Counted from the whole stretch's first letter, positions 1-10,294 are shown. The stretch is 58,613 nt of DNA, filler included, from an uncultured bacterium (GCA_963843795.1; 4 parts of 4 records of this genome joined end to end with filler, not necessarily neighbours in it), one strand, 5' to 3'. Numbers and translations: made by a program. The notes: generated by a model from the letters alone, not told the origin.

Positions 1-1
1 C

Positions 2-1201
2 GCGCAGGCCAGTCACATAAGGTCGCGGATCATCGTCGATGTTCTTTTCGCGGTCCAGGTTCATCCACGCGGGCATGACGTAATGCGGCGTCTGGATAAC
101 CCACTCCGCGCCAATCTCGCGAAAATCCTTGAGCACGCCGCCGTAAACTTCTTCTACCTGTTGCGGCGAAAGATAAGCATCGTTGACGAACTCCGAAATG
201 ACGAGGTCGGGGCGCACTGCAAGTACTTGCTCGCGATAATTGCGCGGGCTGCCGGGCGGTTCGTTCAGGTAATTCTGTATAGTGCGTCCACCCCAACCTT
301 GCGTGACCAACTCGATTTTGGCTTTCGGAAAACGCTCCTTCAGGCGAGCCACGAACTGCTGCTGCCACTTCTGCTCCGGCTTCAGGTAGACCGCTTCGGT
401 GACGCTGTCGCCCCATGCCAATATCTTCAAAGGCTCGCCACTGCGCAGCTTGGCCAGAGTCTTGGGCAAGAGCGTTTCCACTGCCGTTGATTGTGGCGAA
501 GCCGCTGCAGGGAACTCGGTCTCGGTAATCGGGAAGATGTGGTTATCGTTCAGCTTGGCGAGGCGACCAAACACCCAAATGTTTGCCAGACGTGTCTCAT
601 CAGCGGCAATCTCTGGAGGATGCGGCACGCCGATTCTCTCCTGACCACTTTTCACGAACACACGCCCGGTGCGTGTGGCGACAACCGAATCGAGACGTCC
701 CACGCCGTGCCTGTAGCTGATGAATACACGGGTGTTCGGGCCGATCTTCTGGTCTGGCAAGCGTCCGATGGTGCCCCACGTGTTGTCGAACTGGTAATCT
801 GTGCCGCGCGTGAAAACTTCGCCACCGGGCACGGCTTTAACCACAACGCTCTGCGTGTCGAGATAATCGAGTGCACTGAGCTCAGGCGCTTGCACGGCGC
901 GCAAAGGTTGGCCCTTGATATAGCCTGGCGCCTTATCATCGAAAAGCGGCAGCGTGTCGTATCGCTCATCCTCCACCTCAACGATGCGGGCGGGTGTGAC
1001 ATCCAGAGTCGTCGGAGTTTGGAGCTTGACCACTGTGTTGCCAACGCGCACCGCACCGCCTTGAACGCGTACCTTCCAGTTGGCCACAATCGAGAACTGT
1101 GGTGACGTTTCCACAGTATTGGCCTCTTTTGCACGGGCGGCAGTTCCGCTTAAAGCAGTCGTGGCCGCGAGCACCGATAGAAGATATGGGAGTTTATGCA
1201 T
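2..1201 (-). CDS. Secreted SGNH/GDSL-family hydrolase (3' end runs off the left edge of the window)
   Basis: Manual translation of the minus strand from ATG at 1201 is open to the window edge: signal peptide MHKLPYLLSVLAATTALSGTAARA, then LKILAWGDSVT (block I GDS), GWGG and EFVND. It is absent from the ORF track because no stop is in the window. Confidence 0.85.
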   Translation of the reverse strand, partial: MHKLPYLLSVLAATTALSGTAARAKEANTVETSPQFSIVANWKVRVQGGAVRVGNTVVKLQTPTTLDVTPARIVEVEDERYDTLPLFDDKAPGYIKGQPLRAVQAPELSALDYLDTQSVVVKAVPGGEVFTRGTDYQFDNTWGTIGRLPDQKIGPNTRVFISYRHGVGRLDSVVATRTGRVFVKSGQERIGVPHPPEIAADETRLANIWVFGRLAKLNDNHIFPITETEFPAAASPQSTAVETLLPKTLAKLRSGEPLKILAWGDSVTEAVYLKPEQKWQQQFVARLKERFPKAKIELVTQGWGGRTIQNYLNEPPGSPRNYREQVLAVRPDLVISEFVNDAYLSPQQVEEVYGGVLKDFREIGAEWVIQTPHYVMPAWMNLDREKNIDDDPRPYVTGLR

Positions 1202-1542
1202 TTTCTTTTCTGAACACCTCATGGTGAACCTCATGGTGAGGTTGATAGCTCGGCAAGTTGTGGCCATCAGTAAACAACAAGCCCCAATTATCTGCACTCG
1301 CAAGGCCGAAGGCAATTCGGGAAATAAGCAGTAAGGAACAGTGTGCCCATAGAATATTTTCCTACCAGCTGGAGACTATTCGCGAAGAACTTGTAACGGG
1401 GCTAAATTGGATTTGATAACCAATCTCATAGAACCCCGAGTTTGAAGGCTTCGGAAATGTGGATTTGATGTTTCATGATAGCGAAACATTCCGCCCAAAT
1501 GTTTCTCCGTCGCGTTTCCCTGACCTGCTATCGTTTTCCGTA

Positions 1543-1560
1543 TGATAACGTCCTTTATCA
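1543..1560. promoter_or_regulatory. Putative tyrosine-recombinase crossover/operator site TGATAA-CGTCCT-TTATCA
   Basis: Inverted 6-bp arms around an asymmetric 6-bp spacer, upstream of the antitoxin-vapC-recombinase operon. The same 14-bp core (ATAAAGGACGTTAT) recurs at 12380-12393. Confidence 0.55.
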
Positions 1561-1692
1561 TTCACGAGAACCATGCTATGATAAAATGAAATCATCCGCC
1601 AAGTCGCACGACAGTGTGGACACGGATTGGGTCATGGGTAGAACTTAGGGACAGAACTTAGGAATAGAACTCAGTAGCAGGAGAACCGCATT

Positions 1693-2037
1693 ATGACATT
1701 GATCATTGACTTCGCTCCCGAAATGGAAACGCGACTCCAGGAAATCGCGGCGCGCCAGGGGCAAGACCCGACCAGCTTTGTCAAAGCTGCCGTTGAGGAA
1801 AAGTTGCAGCGGGCCGCCATGGAGAGCAACGGAACACAGAGCAGTAGCACCAGTGGCACGACCAACGGAAACGGGGCTAACGGAAATGAAGTGGCTCAGA
1901 CGTTGGATCAGATGCTGGCCGGTTTGACGGGCGCCATTCGCAGCCAAGACGGGCGTGGTGGCGGGCGACTTTCCGAAATGAGCGGAGCCGACTTCGGCGA
2001 AGATTTAATGCAGAAGCAAGGGCGAGGCGAGCTGTGA
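1693..2037 (+). CDS. Putative antitoxin (RHH-like N-terminus) of the VapC toxin
   Basis: MTLIIDFAPEMETRLQEIAARQG ribbon-helix-helix-like start; AGGAG RBS; stop overlaps the start of the PIN gene. Confidence 0.7.
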   Translation: MTLIIDFAPEMETRLQEIAARQGQDPTSFVKAAVEEKLQRAAMESNGTQSSSTSGTTNGNGANGNEVAQTLDQMLAGLTGAIRSQDGRGGGRLSEMSGADFGEDLMQKQGRGEL

Positions 2038-2456
2038 CACTGTGCGATACCGGCCCATTGGTCGCGCTGGTCGATTCCGACGACCGGCATCATGCGCGTT
2101 GTCTGGCAGCCTTGCCAAGCTTAACCAGTCCGTTGCTAACGACGTGGCCCTGCCTGACCGAAGCCATGCATTTTTTAGGCAAAGCGCGGGGTTGGGACGC
2201 TCAGTCCGTGCTCTGGCAGTTCGTGCGGCGTGGGGCGTTGCAACTGCATTTTCCAAGTTCCGCTGAAGAGTTGAGTGCCGAAGAATTGCGTATCGAAGCC
2301 CTGATGGGTCAATACCGCGATGCGCCGATGGACTTTGCCGATGCCTCTTTGGTAGCCGCCGCCGAAACGCTCAATCAGCGGCGCATTTTTACGTTGGATC
2401 AACACTTTTACGCGTATCGAATTTATGACCAACACGCTTTTGAAGTCGTTCCCTGA
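2034..2456 (+). CDS. vapC: PIN-domain VapC toxin
   Basis: LCDTGPLVAL...TWPCLTEA...MDFADASLVAAAE...IFTLD: conserved acidic PIN residues. Confidence 0.92.
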   Translation: MTLCDTGPLVALVDSDDRHHARCLAALPSLTSPLLTTWPCLTEAMHFLGKARGWDAQSVLWQFVRRGALQLHFPSSAEELSAEELRIEALMGQYRDAPMDFADASLVAAAETLNQRRIFTLDQHFYAYRIYDQHAFEVVP

Positions 2457-3447
2457 GCGATTCTCCGCAGAGGCGTCCACGGAAATCGTCTCCACTCCCA
2501 ACTCTGCGGGAACGCGCGGCCTGTTACCCGCCCTCATCACCGAAGCCGGGCCGGATGCCGAAGAGCGCTTCTTTGAATTCTTCACCGCCGAGATTCGTAA
2601 TGTCAACACGCGGCGCGCTTACGCCCGTGCGGTGCGCGATTTTCTGCGCTGGTGTGAAACCCATCATTTGACCAGTCTCCGAGAGATTCGCCCGGTCGTC
2701 GTAGCGGCCTATATCGAAGGGCTGACCGGGGAGAAACAGGCGCAGACCGTCAAGCAAAATCTGGCGGCGATTCGGATGCTCTTTAACTGGTTAGTGATCG
2801 GCCAGGTGGTCCCGAGCAATCCGGCGACCTCGGTGCGCGGCCCCAAATACAGCATCAAGAAAGGCAAAACGCCGGTTCTCTCGGCCCAGGACACGCGCTT
2901 ACTGCTCAACAGCATTGATACGAGCGACATCATTGGGCTGCGCGACCGCGCGCTGATCGCGATGATGGTCTATTCGTTTGCGCGCGTGGGCGCGGTCGTG
3001 AAGATGCGCGTTGAAGATTATTACCCCAATGGCAAGCGCTACTGGATACGCCTGCACGAGAAAGGCGGCAAATTTCATGAAGTGCCCGCCCATCACACCG
3101 CCGAGGAATATATGGATGCCTATATCGAGGCAGCGGGCATTGGTGAGGATGAGAAAGGCCCGCTTTTTCGCTCGCGGCCCGGTCATGGCAAAGAGCTTTC
3201 CGGTAAGGCACTCTATACGACCGATGTGTTGCGCATGATCAAGCGACGCGTGGCCAAAGCGGGACTGAGTAAGAAAGTATCGTGCCACACCTTTCGTGCC
3301 ACCGGCATCACGACCTATCTGGAGAATGGTGGCAGCGTGGAGCACGCGCAGCAGATCGCGGCGCACGAGTCGCCCCGCACCACCAAACTTTACGACCGCC
3401 GCAGCGATAACATCAGTCTCGATGAGATCGAACGCATCATTATATAG
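2425..3447 (+). CDS. Tyrosine recombinase/resolvase (XerC-like, plasmid type)
   Basis: SAM-like N-domain (NTRRAYARAVRDF), LRDRALIAMMVYSFARV, EKGGK, HTFRATGIT, AAHESPRTTKLYD catalytic motifs. Confidence 0.93.
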   Translation: MTNTLLKSFPERFSAEASTEIVSTPNSAGTRGLLPALITEAGPDAEERFFEFFTAEIRNVNTRRAYARAVRDFLRWCETHHLTSLREIRPVVVAAYIEGLTGEKQAQTVKQNLAAIRMLFNWLVIGQVVPSNPATSVRGPKYSIKKGKTPVLSAQDTRLLLNSIDTSDIIGLRDRALIAMMVYSFARVGAVVKMRVEDYYPNGKRYWIRLHEKGGKFHEVPAHHTAEEYMDAYIEAAGIGEDEKGPLFRSRPGHGKELSGKALYTTDVLRMIKRRVAKAGLSKKVSCHTFRATGITTYLENGGSVEHAQQIAAHESPRTTKLYDRRSDNISLDEIERIII

Positions 3448-3707
3448 GAGTTATTTAAGCTTTGCGATTGAGTAGGCTGCGACTTGCTGTTTGAGGATGT
3501 CGATAATTTGCTCCTCCTTGAATCGACCTTGTTTCATTGCCATTCTCCTTGATGTTATTTTAGCGGAGAATTCTACGCTGAAACGAGATGATTTATCGGT
3601 AGACTGCTGTTGCACTTGATGGGATGAAATTGGGTAGGAGATGACTAAATCGTTGAGTTTAATCTCGCCTTAAAAAACTCGCGGTATCATCAGGTGCCAT
3701 AAACTCT

Positions 3708-4832
3708 ATGGTATTGAACGATGACCCCAAACTGACGGTGCATCCGCGCTGGCGCGAGATCGTTATCCAAATTGAAAGCGCCATTGAAAGCGGCGAGTTG
3801 AAGCCGGGCACGGCGTTGCCTTCGGAGACGCAACTCGCGCTCGATCACGCGGTCTGTCGTATGACCGCGCACCGAGCCATGACCGATTTGCAGACGCGCG
3901 GTTTGGTGATTCGCAAGCGGCGCACCGGCACCGTCGTGGCAACTCCCGCGCGCGTGCGCACCGGCAATGTCGCGGTATTGTGCTTTGCCATCAGCGATTT
4001 TCCCACGGCGGCGTATTTGGCCGGTCTGCGCGAGGGCCTGAGCCAAAAATTGGGATTGCTCTTGTGCGATACCGGCGAAGACGGCGCGCGCGAAGCCGAT
4101 TTCCTGTGCAGAATGCGCGACGGGGCCGATGCCATCGTGTGTCTGCCGAGCGCTGCTCCAGAAAATAACGCGCTTTTGGAAGAAATCATCGCCTCCCAAA
4201 TTCCGCTACTCTGTCTTGACCGCATGCCCGCCGGTTTGAACGTGGATGCCATCGTGAGCGACAATTATGCTTCCACACTCGAAGCGATGCGCCGTCTGAC
4301 CGCACGCGGACACCGGCGCATCGCGCACCTGACTGATCTGCGGCCCAGCGTTTCTTCAACACAGGAACGTTTGCGTGGGTATCACGACGCGCTCCGCGAA
4401 ATTGGCGAAACCGAGCCGTCGCGCTGGACGCGCTTTTTCACCACTTTTAGTGTCGCGCGCGATCTTTATTATCCACAGTTGGTTCGCGAAGTCCACGACG
4501 CAATTTTAGCTTTGATGCACTCGCCAGAGCCACCGACCGCGCTCTTCTGTTTGCAGGACGCTTACATGGCCGGCGCGCTCGAAGCCTGCGCCCGACTGGG
4601 AATTGCCGTGCCCGACGAGCTGGAAATCATGGCTTTCAACGACTGCCCACCGCAATTTCTGCCGCTCCCCGCGCCCGTGCTTCGCATTGTGCAGCAACCG
4701 CACCAAATGGGCGTCATGGCCGGAAAACGCCTCACTTCAACTTTACAAGGCGCCCATTTACAGGACGCCGACGCGCGCGTCCAAATCACCCATGTGCCCG
4801 CCACCATTCACGATCCGCTCGCCACTACTTGA
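3708..4832 (+). CDS. GntR-HTH/LacI-sensor fusion transcriptional regulator (AraR-like)
   Basis: LPSETQLA...VCRMTAHRAM...GTVV winged HTH followed by a periplasmic-binding-protein-like domain (DN, GHRRIAH, VPDEL). Confidence 0.9.
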   Translation: MVLNDDPKLTVHPRWREIVIQIESAIESGELKPGTALPSETQLALDHAVCRMTAHRAMTDLQTRGLVIRKRRTGTVVATPARVRTGNVAVLCFAISDFPTAAYLAGLREGLSQKLGLLLCDTGEDGAREADFLCRMRDGADAIVCLPSAAPENNALLEEIIASQIPLLCLDRMPAGLNVDAIVSDNYASTLEAMRRLTARGHRRIAHLTDLRPSVSSTQERLRGYHDALREIGETEPSRWTRFFTTFSVARDLYYPQLVREVHDAILALMHSPEPPTALFCLQDAYMAGALEACARLGIAVPDELEIMAFNDCPPQFLPLPAPVLRIVQQPHQMGVMAGKRLTSTLQGAHLQDADARVQITHVPATIHDPLATT

Positions 4833-4928
4833 GGCTCAAATTCATTTGTATAGAGTTTTAATCTAAATTTTATTTGATCTTAAAGTTGGGGGGTTAACCT
4901 TGGAGGTGTTCCTGGAGGAAAAATTTCC

Positions 4929-5630
4929 ATGTTAAAACCCCATTCACTTCGTCGTCGCGCGTTCACCCTTATAGAATTGCTTGTTGTTATCGCCATTATC
5001 GCTATTCTCGCGGCGATTCTGTTTCCCGTCTTTAGCCGGGCGCGCGAGCAGGCGCGCAAGTCTTCGTGCCTTTCCAATCTCAAACAGATGGGACTGGCGA
5101 CGCAGATGTATGTTCAGGATTATGACGAGACTTTGCCGCCTTATTCGGTGGCGACCTCGCCGACCGCTTACTGGCCCAACTTGATCGATCCGTATGTGAA
5201 AAATCGCCAGATGTGGTTTTGCCCGTCCTACGAGCGCTCAGTCACCAATCCTTCGGCTAATGCTTCGACCTATGGCACCAACTACGGCATCATCGGCAAG
5301 AACATCGCCGTCTTTTCGCGTTCGTCAGAACTGCTGCTGTTCGCCGATACCGAAGGCGCTTATGTTGGTTCGGCCTCCAAAAACGCCGGGTGCAACGGCT
5401 TCACCGAAGCGTTTTTGCGCGTTTACGATCCGGTTGATCAGGCGAGTGGAGCGCAGACTTCATGCAAAACTTATTTGCAAACGACGGCGGGCGCCTCGCC
5501 GCGACATCTGGGCGGCAGCAACGTCGTCTTCGTGGATGGTCATGCCAAATGGGTCAAGCAGGATGTTTTGATCAAGCAGGAGACCGTCGCCGATCATCCC
5601 GTCGATATTTACGGTCATTGGGGGCTTTGA
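4929..5630 (+). CDS. DUF1559 prepilin-type N-terminal cleavage/methylation protein with H-X9-DG motif
   Basis: [25 protein letters not shown]...SCLSNLKQ...QDYDE...[17 protein letters not shown]. Confidence 0.92.
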   Translation: MLKPHSLRRRAFTLIELLVVIAIIAILAAILFPVFSRAREQARKSSCLSNLKQMGLATQMYVQDYDETLPPYSVATSPTAYWPNLIDPYVKNRQMWFCPSYERSVTNPSANASTYGTNYGIIGKNIAVFSRSSELLLFADTEGAYVGSASKNAGCNGFTEAFLRVYDPVDQASGAQTSCKTYLQTTAGASPRHLGGSNVVFVDGHAKWVKQDVLIKQETVADHPVDIYGHWGL

Positions 5631-5887
5631 ACTTGGGGGCTATAAACCATGCCCTATTCTCGCCGTCGCTTTTTGGATGCGCTGAGCACGACTTTGCTCG
5701 CCGCGTTCCTGAGCCACGCCAATGCGCTCGCTCCCCGCACTCTTCGCGTCGCCTCGGTTTGCGATACCCGGTTTGCGATACCCATAGTAATCTCGAAACC
5801 GAAGGCGAACTGGACGCTAATCTCCATCGCGCCGGGCGGAGCAATCGCTTTCGAGACGCGCTCAGTTGAGCCAACCTCCAAACTTCC

Positions 5888-6829
5888 ATGAAAAAGCTGC
5901 ACTTTACACTGATTTGTGCGGCGCTCTTTTTGGTGCGCTGCAAACCCGTTCAGGCGCAAGCGCCCGACAAACCGTTGCACTTTCTGGTGATAGGCGATTG
6001 GGGTTCGGGCCGTCTGCAGCAAAAAGAAATCGCCGACGCGATGGCGCGCTACGCCCAAACTCATGCCCCAACCGATCCGGTGCGATGGGTGACTTTGGTC
6101 GGCGATAACTTCTACGAAACCGGCGTTTCGAGCGTGAACGACCCGCAGTGGAAGCTCAAGTTCGAGGACGTTTACGACGCCAAGCGTTTGGCGATGCCGT
6201 TTATCGCGGTTTTGGGCAATCACGACTGGGGCCAGAATCCCGCAGCCGAAATTGCCTACGCGGGCGCGCATTCCGGCACGCGCTGGCAGATGGACGGTTT
6301 CTATTTCAAACGCACTTATGGGCAAAATCCTGCCGCGCCGCTCGCCGATTTTTTCTACATCGACACCGATTTGTGGAATTACCATCTCGACCGTTTGGCC
6401 GACGCTCAAATGGCGTGGCTCGAAGACGGTTTGAAGAATTCTAAGGCGCACTGGCAAATCGTCGTCGGCCATCATCCGCTCTTTTCCAACGGCGAACACG
6501 GGCACGACAAAGAGATTCTGGCATTGCGCGAAAAGTTGGCGCCACTCTTTAAGAAATATGGCGTGGACGCGTATTTGTGCGGGCACGAACACGATTTGGA
6601 GCGCAATCAGATCGCCGGTGAACCAACGCTATTTCTAATTTCGGGCGCGGGCGGCAAGCTGCGGCCCAAATCGTTCGATGACTTCGGCCCGTTCTACGCT
6701 TCGAGCGCCGGCTTCGCTTCCATTTCTATCACGCCCGATGCGTTGAGCGGCGAGTTTCTCGACTCCAAACTTCAAACGCTCGACAGTTGGAAAATCCAGC
6801 CCGTTCCGGCGCTCTCGACCGCGCCATGA
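5888..6829 (+). CDS. Secreted metallophosphoesterase (purple/tartrate-resistant acid phosphatase-like)
   Basis: Signal peptide; GDWG, GDNFY, GNHD, GHHP, GHEH motifs. Confidence 0.92.
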   Translation: MKKLHFTLICAALFLVRCKPVQAQAPDKPLHFLVIGDWGSGRLQQKEIADAMARYAQTHAPTDPVRWVTLVGDNFYETGVSSVNDPQWKLKFEDVYDAKRLAMPFIAVLGNHDWGQNPAAEIAYAGAHSGTRWQMDGFYFKRTYGQNPAAPLADFFYIDTDLWNYHLDRLADAQMAWLEDGLKNSKAHWQIVVGHHPLFSNGEHGHDKEILALREKLAPLFKKYGVDAYLCGHEHDLERNQIAGEPTLFLISGAGGKLRPKSFDDFGPFYASSAGFASISITPDALSGEFLDSKLQTLDSWKIQPVPALSTAP

Positions 6830-7072
6830 AATTGATTTTCTTAATGGCTTTGGCGCTGATTTCTCCAGGCCACAAGTCATTCGGTGCGCCGTTGGTGTTG
6901 GTGAAATAACCTTTGCCCAGATGATAAAACACAACTTCGCGGCGTTCTTTCATTGTTAAATTGCTCCTGCAAGTACTTGCGCGCCGATATGTCGTGTCTC
7001 GAAACTTTTTAAAGTTCGTTTACCACGCTGTTAATAATGATTTAGGCACTGTCTCTACAGTCAAGGTGTGTA

Positions 7073-8038
7073 ATGTTGAAAATAAATCTGATCAATAATT
7101 TGCCTTCTGTGCTCCACTCCGTGTGGTACTCCATGTGGCCGTTAGCGATTTTTCTGGGCGTCTCTTTGCTCTCGCGCCCTGTGGTTGCTCAGGAACGGGA
7201 AGCCGTTGGAGCAAATCGGCAATCCGCAAGCAACATCTCTGTGCGCGTGGCGCTACTGTCCGACACGCACAGCACGCGCGGTACTGAGGAAGACCAAGCG
7301 TTGTACAAAGGTCGTTACGAGCGCGTGATAGAAGTTGTCAATGCGGCGCGCGTCGATGTGGTGTTAATCGCGGGCGACCTGACGCAGAGTAGTCGTCCCG
7401 AACAGTTCGCCGATTTCAAAGCGCAAATGCACGGTTTTCAAGCGCCGGTTTTTGTGGTGCCGGGCAACCACGATGTGGGCAGCAAAATCGTAGTCGCGCC
7501 CGATGGCACAAGACAAGGCACCGTCACCGCCACTCGCATCGCGCAATACGAAGCGCAGATGGGGCCGGGCACTTTCGCTTACAAACGGCCCGGTCTGCGC
7601 ATTATCGGCTTCAATTCTCTGCTGTTAGGCAGCGGATTACCTGGTGAAGCAGCGCAGTGGCAGTTTCTGGAAGACGAACTGGCGCGGCCATCGAAAACGC
7701 CGACGCTGCTGCTTTCGCACTTTCCCTTGTTCCTGCAAACACCCGACGAAGCCAGCGACGCATATTGGAACGTCGAACCGCAGCCGCGCCAACGCCTGCT
7801 GCAACTCATCGCACGAGGCGGCGTGAAAGCCGTACTGAGCGGCCACTTGCATCGCCCGCTACAAAACACTTATCAGGGCGTGTTGCATCTCACCACGCCA
7901 CCAGTTTCGTTCGGCCTGCCGCGCGGCGTGCAAGCCCAGGGCTGGACGTTGCTCACCGTTTCGCCTCAAGGCGAAATCACCTGGGGATTTCAACCCCTCA
8001 CAGAAAGCACTCAGGAAAAATCTACCACCCCATCGTAA
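7073..8038 (+). CDS. Secreted calcineurin-like metallophosphoesterase
   Basis: SDTH, AGDL, GNHD, SHFP, GHLH motifs; the true start may be slightly downstream. Confidence 0.88.
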   Translation: MLKINLINNLPSVLHSVWYSMWPLAIFLGVSLLSRPVVAQEREAVGANRQSASNISVRVALLSDTHSTRGTEEDQALYKGRYERVIEVVNAARVDVVLIAGDLTQSSRPEQFADFKAQMHGFQAPVFVVPGNHDVGSKIVVAPDGTRQGTVTATRIAQYEAQMGPGTFAYKRPGLRIIGFNSLLLGSGLPGEAAQWQFLEDELARPSKTPTLLLSHFPLFLQTPDEASDAYWNVEPQPRQRLLQLIARGGVKAVLSGHLHRPLQNTYQGVLHLTTPPVSFGLPRGVQAQGWTLLTVSPQGEITWGFQPLTESTQEKSTTPS

Positions 8039-8047
8039 GGAAAATTT

Positions 8048-8845
8048 ATGAAAACCAAGAATTTAATGAAAACCAAGAATTTAACGCCCCGTGCCCTTCG
8101 CAAGTACTTGCACGGCTTCACCCTCATCGAACTTTTAGTTGTCATCGCTATCATTGCAATCCTCGCGGCGATTTTGTTTCCGGTCTTTGCGCGGGCGCGC
8201 GAAAATGCGCGACGCATTTCGTGTTTGAGCAATTTGAAGCAGATCGGCTTGGGTTTGCAGCAGTATGTGCAGGATTACGATGAGCGTCTGGTGGGCGTGC
8301 GTTACACCAGCACGGGGCCGTATTGGATGGATATTTTGCAGCCGTATCTCAAGAGCGAACAAATTTTTAACTGCCCCTCCAGCGACCTCAAATGGACGGC
8401 GGGCAGTGGCACGGTGAGCTATGCGTATAACGTGATGTATACCAGCGGTGGCACCGCTGGCGATGGCTACGATACCACGCCGCCTTCGGGTTACTTCAAC
8501 ACCGATTGGGGGCTGCACATGGCGCGTATTGAAACGCCCTCAGAAACCGTGCTGTTTGGCGACGGCGGCGGCAGCTACATGGTTTATGCGGCGAGCAAAA
8601 GTTCGGGCACCAGCCAGGCGGTGGCGAATTTGACGCAGCCTTACCCCGCGGGCACCAGTTATCCCAGCATCGGGCGCGTCAGCAGCGCTTCGCAGATATT
8701 TTTGGGACGCCACTTCGAGGGCGCGAATTATGTTTTCGTCGATGGGCACGCCAAATGGCTAAAAATGTCGTCCGCCGCCCAGAAGAATGGCTACGGCGTG
8801 ATGCACGTGTTCACCATTCAAGACGATAAAGATTTGACGCCGTAA
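8048..8845 (+). CDS. Second DUF1559 prepilin-type protein with H-X9-DG motif
   Basis: [41 protein letters not shown]...[17 protein letters not shown]; an 18-bp tandem duplication at the start gives MKTKNL twice. Confidence 0.92.
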   Translation: MKTKNLMKTKNLTPRALRKYLHGFTLIELLVVIAIIAILAAILFPVFARARENARRISCLSNLKQIGLGLQQYVQDYDERLVGVRYTSTGPYWMDILQPYLKSEQIFNCPSSDLKWTAGSGTVSYAYNVMYTSGGTAGDGYDTTPPSGYFNTDWGLHMARIETPSETVLFGDGGGSYMVYAASKSSGTSQAVANLTQPYPAGTSYPSIGRVSSASQIFLGRHFEGANYVFVDGHAKWLKMSSAAQKNGYGVMHVFTIQDDKDLTP

Positions 8846-8867
8846 ACATTTTTGCCGAAAAAACGCT

Positions 8868-10079
8868 ATGAAAACTTCCAACCTCACGCGCCGCCGATTG
8901 TTGCTAACGGCGGCAGCCACGCCCGGCATTATCGCATCGATGCAGAAAGAAAGCGCCTTCGCACAGGACGAAGCGACTGCCGGTGATGAATTCGCTTTTC
9001 CTCTGTTGGGCGATTTACATTTCGACCGACTCGAACATCACGATTTGGAGTGGATGAAAACCGCTTATCCCAACGATATTCGTCAGGTCGAAAACTACAG
9101 CCGCATCACTGCCGAAGTGACGCCAAAGTTGTTCGAGAGCATCAGCGCGACTGTGGCCGATTCGAATCGAACGCCGCAAACCCGCGTGCCGTTCGTGCTC
9201 CACATCGGCGATTTGGTGGAAGGCTTGTGCGGCAGCGAGACACGGGCCAGCCGCCAGAATCAGGACGCCATCGCTTTCGTGCGCGCGGCCCAACTGAACG
9301 CGCCGTTTCTGTTTTGCAAGGGCAATCACGACATCACCGGCCCAGGAGCCAGAGAAGCTTTTGTCAAAGATTTTCTGCCCTTTCTGACGCACGAGGCGGA
9401 AAAAACCGCGCCGTTGCGGACTGCGCCCCTGCAAAACGCGTTTTATGCGCTGGAACATGGCTCGTGTTTGTTCGCGCAGTTCGATGCTTACGACCGTGAA
9501 GACAGTCTGGATTGGCTTGAAACCACACTGGCGCAAAGCAAGGCACACCACAAATTCGTGCTCATTCATCCGCCGGTCGTACCTTATGGCGCGCGCACGA
9601 CGTGGCACATTTACGCCAAGCCCGCAGAAAGTGCCCAACGCGCGCGCCTGCTAAACCTGCTGGGTCGCCATCGCGCCATCGTATTGAGCGGTCATTTGCA
9701 CAAATATAATTTGATGACGCGGCGCACAGACGAAGGCCGTTTCGTGCAGTTGGCGGTGTGCAGCGTGATTCCCAAAGTCGATGAGAAACCGGGCGATATT
9801 CTGCAAGGCGTCGCAGCCTACACGCCCGACCAGATCGCCGTCGAACCGCGTTTCAACCCCGATACCGAAGCCGAGCGACGCGCCATTATTACCGCCGAAG
9901 CGCCCTTCGTCGAAAGCTTTGAATATGCCGATGCGCCCGGCTACGCGGTAATTAAAGTGACGGGTGAGCGCATCATCGCCGAATTTTACCGTGGTGCTGA
10001 GCGCACGCTGTGGAAAACGCGCGACCTCACCGCATTACTGGATGGCAAAGACGGCGTGGTCGCAGAAACCAAACTTTGA
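8868..10079 (+). CDS. Tat-exported metallophosphoesterase
   Basis: LTRRRLL twin-arginine signal; GDLH, IGDL, GNHD, GHLH motifs. Confidence 0.88.
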   Translation: MKTSNLTRRRLLLTAAATPGIIASMQKESAFAQDEATAGDEFAFPLLGDLHFDRLEHHDLEWMKTAYPNDIRQVENYSRITAEVTPKLFESISATVADSNRTPQTRVPFVLHIGDLVEGLCGSETRASRQNQDAIAFVRAAQLNAPFLFCKGNHDITGPGAREAFVKDFLPFLTHEAEKTAPLRTAPLQNAFYALEHGSCLFAQFDAYDREDSLDWLETTLAQSKAHHKFVLIHPPVVPYGARTTWHIYAKPAESAQRARLLNLLGRHRAIVLSGHLHKYNLMTRRTDEGRFVQLAVCSVIPKVDEKPGDILQGVAAYTPDQIAVEPRFNPDTEAERRAIITAEAPFVESFEYADAPGYAVIKVTGERIIAEFYRGAERTLWKTRDLTALLDGKDGVVAETKL

Positions 10080-10090
10080 AAATTTTCACA

Positions 10091-10132
10091 GGCAGAATGC
10101 GCTCTGCAAGTACTTGCAGAGCGCATTCTGCC
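10091..10132. terminator. Perfect 42-bp palindrome/terminator centred on GCAAGTACTTGC
   Basis: GGCAGAATGCGCTCTGCAAGT|ACTTGCAGAGCGCATTCTGCC followed by GTTTTT, 12 bp after the stop at 10079. Confidence 0.75.
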
Positions 10133-10182
10133 GTTTTTACGGCGTTTTTTTTCATCCAGTAACGCGTTAGTGACGCCAACTT

Positions 10183-10220
10183 GGGGCCGGCTCACGAACC
10201 GGCCTTTTCCAAAATGTAAG
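10183..10220 (+). mobile_element. 38-bp Tn3-family terminal inverted repeat facing the ars operon
   Basis: GGGGCCGGCTCACGAACCGGCCTTTTCCAAAATGTAAG: GGGG...TAAG, 38 bp; the first 16 bases match the MITE IR at 12651 with one mismatch. Confidence 0.7.
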
Positions 10221-10294
10221 CAGTGGCGGCAGCAAACATTTCCTCTGGCTCTGCAATCAGAATTTTGGCTTTCATGAGGAAATCGTTCGTGCCT

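Noticed and set aside
30..1134. ORF-track calls 30..416, 83..490, 491..1105 and 652..1134
   Set aside because: Off-frame or antisense to the SGNH hydrolase frame 1201 to 2.
1216..1239. 12-bp tandem ACCTCATGGTGA x2 upstream of the SGNH gene (and the 18-bp tandem at 8048)
   Set aside because: Could be an operator or simple slippage duplication; no supporting evidence of function.
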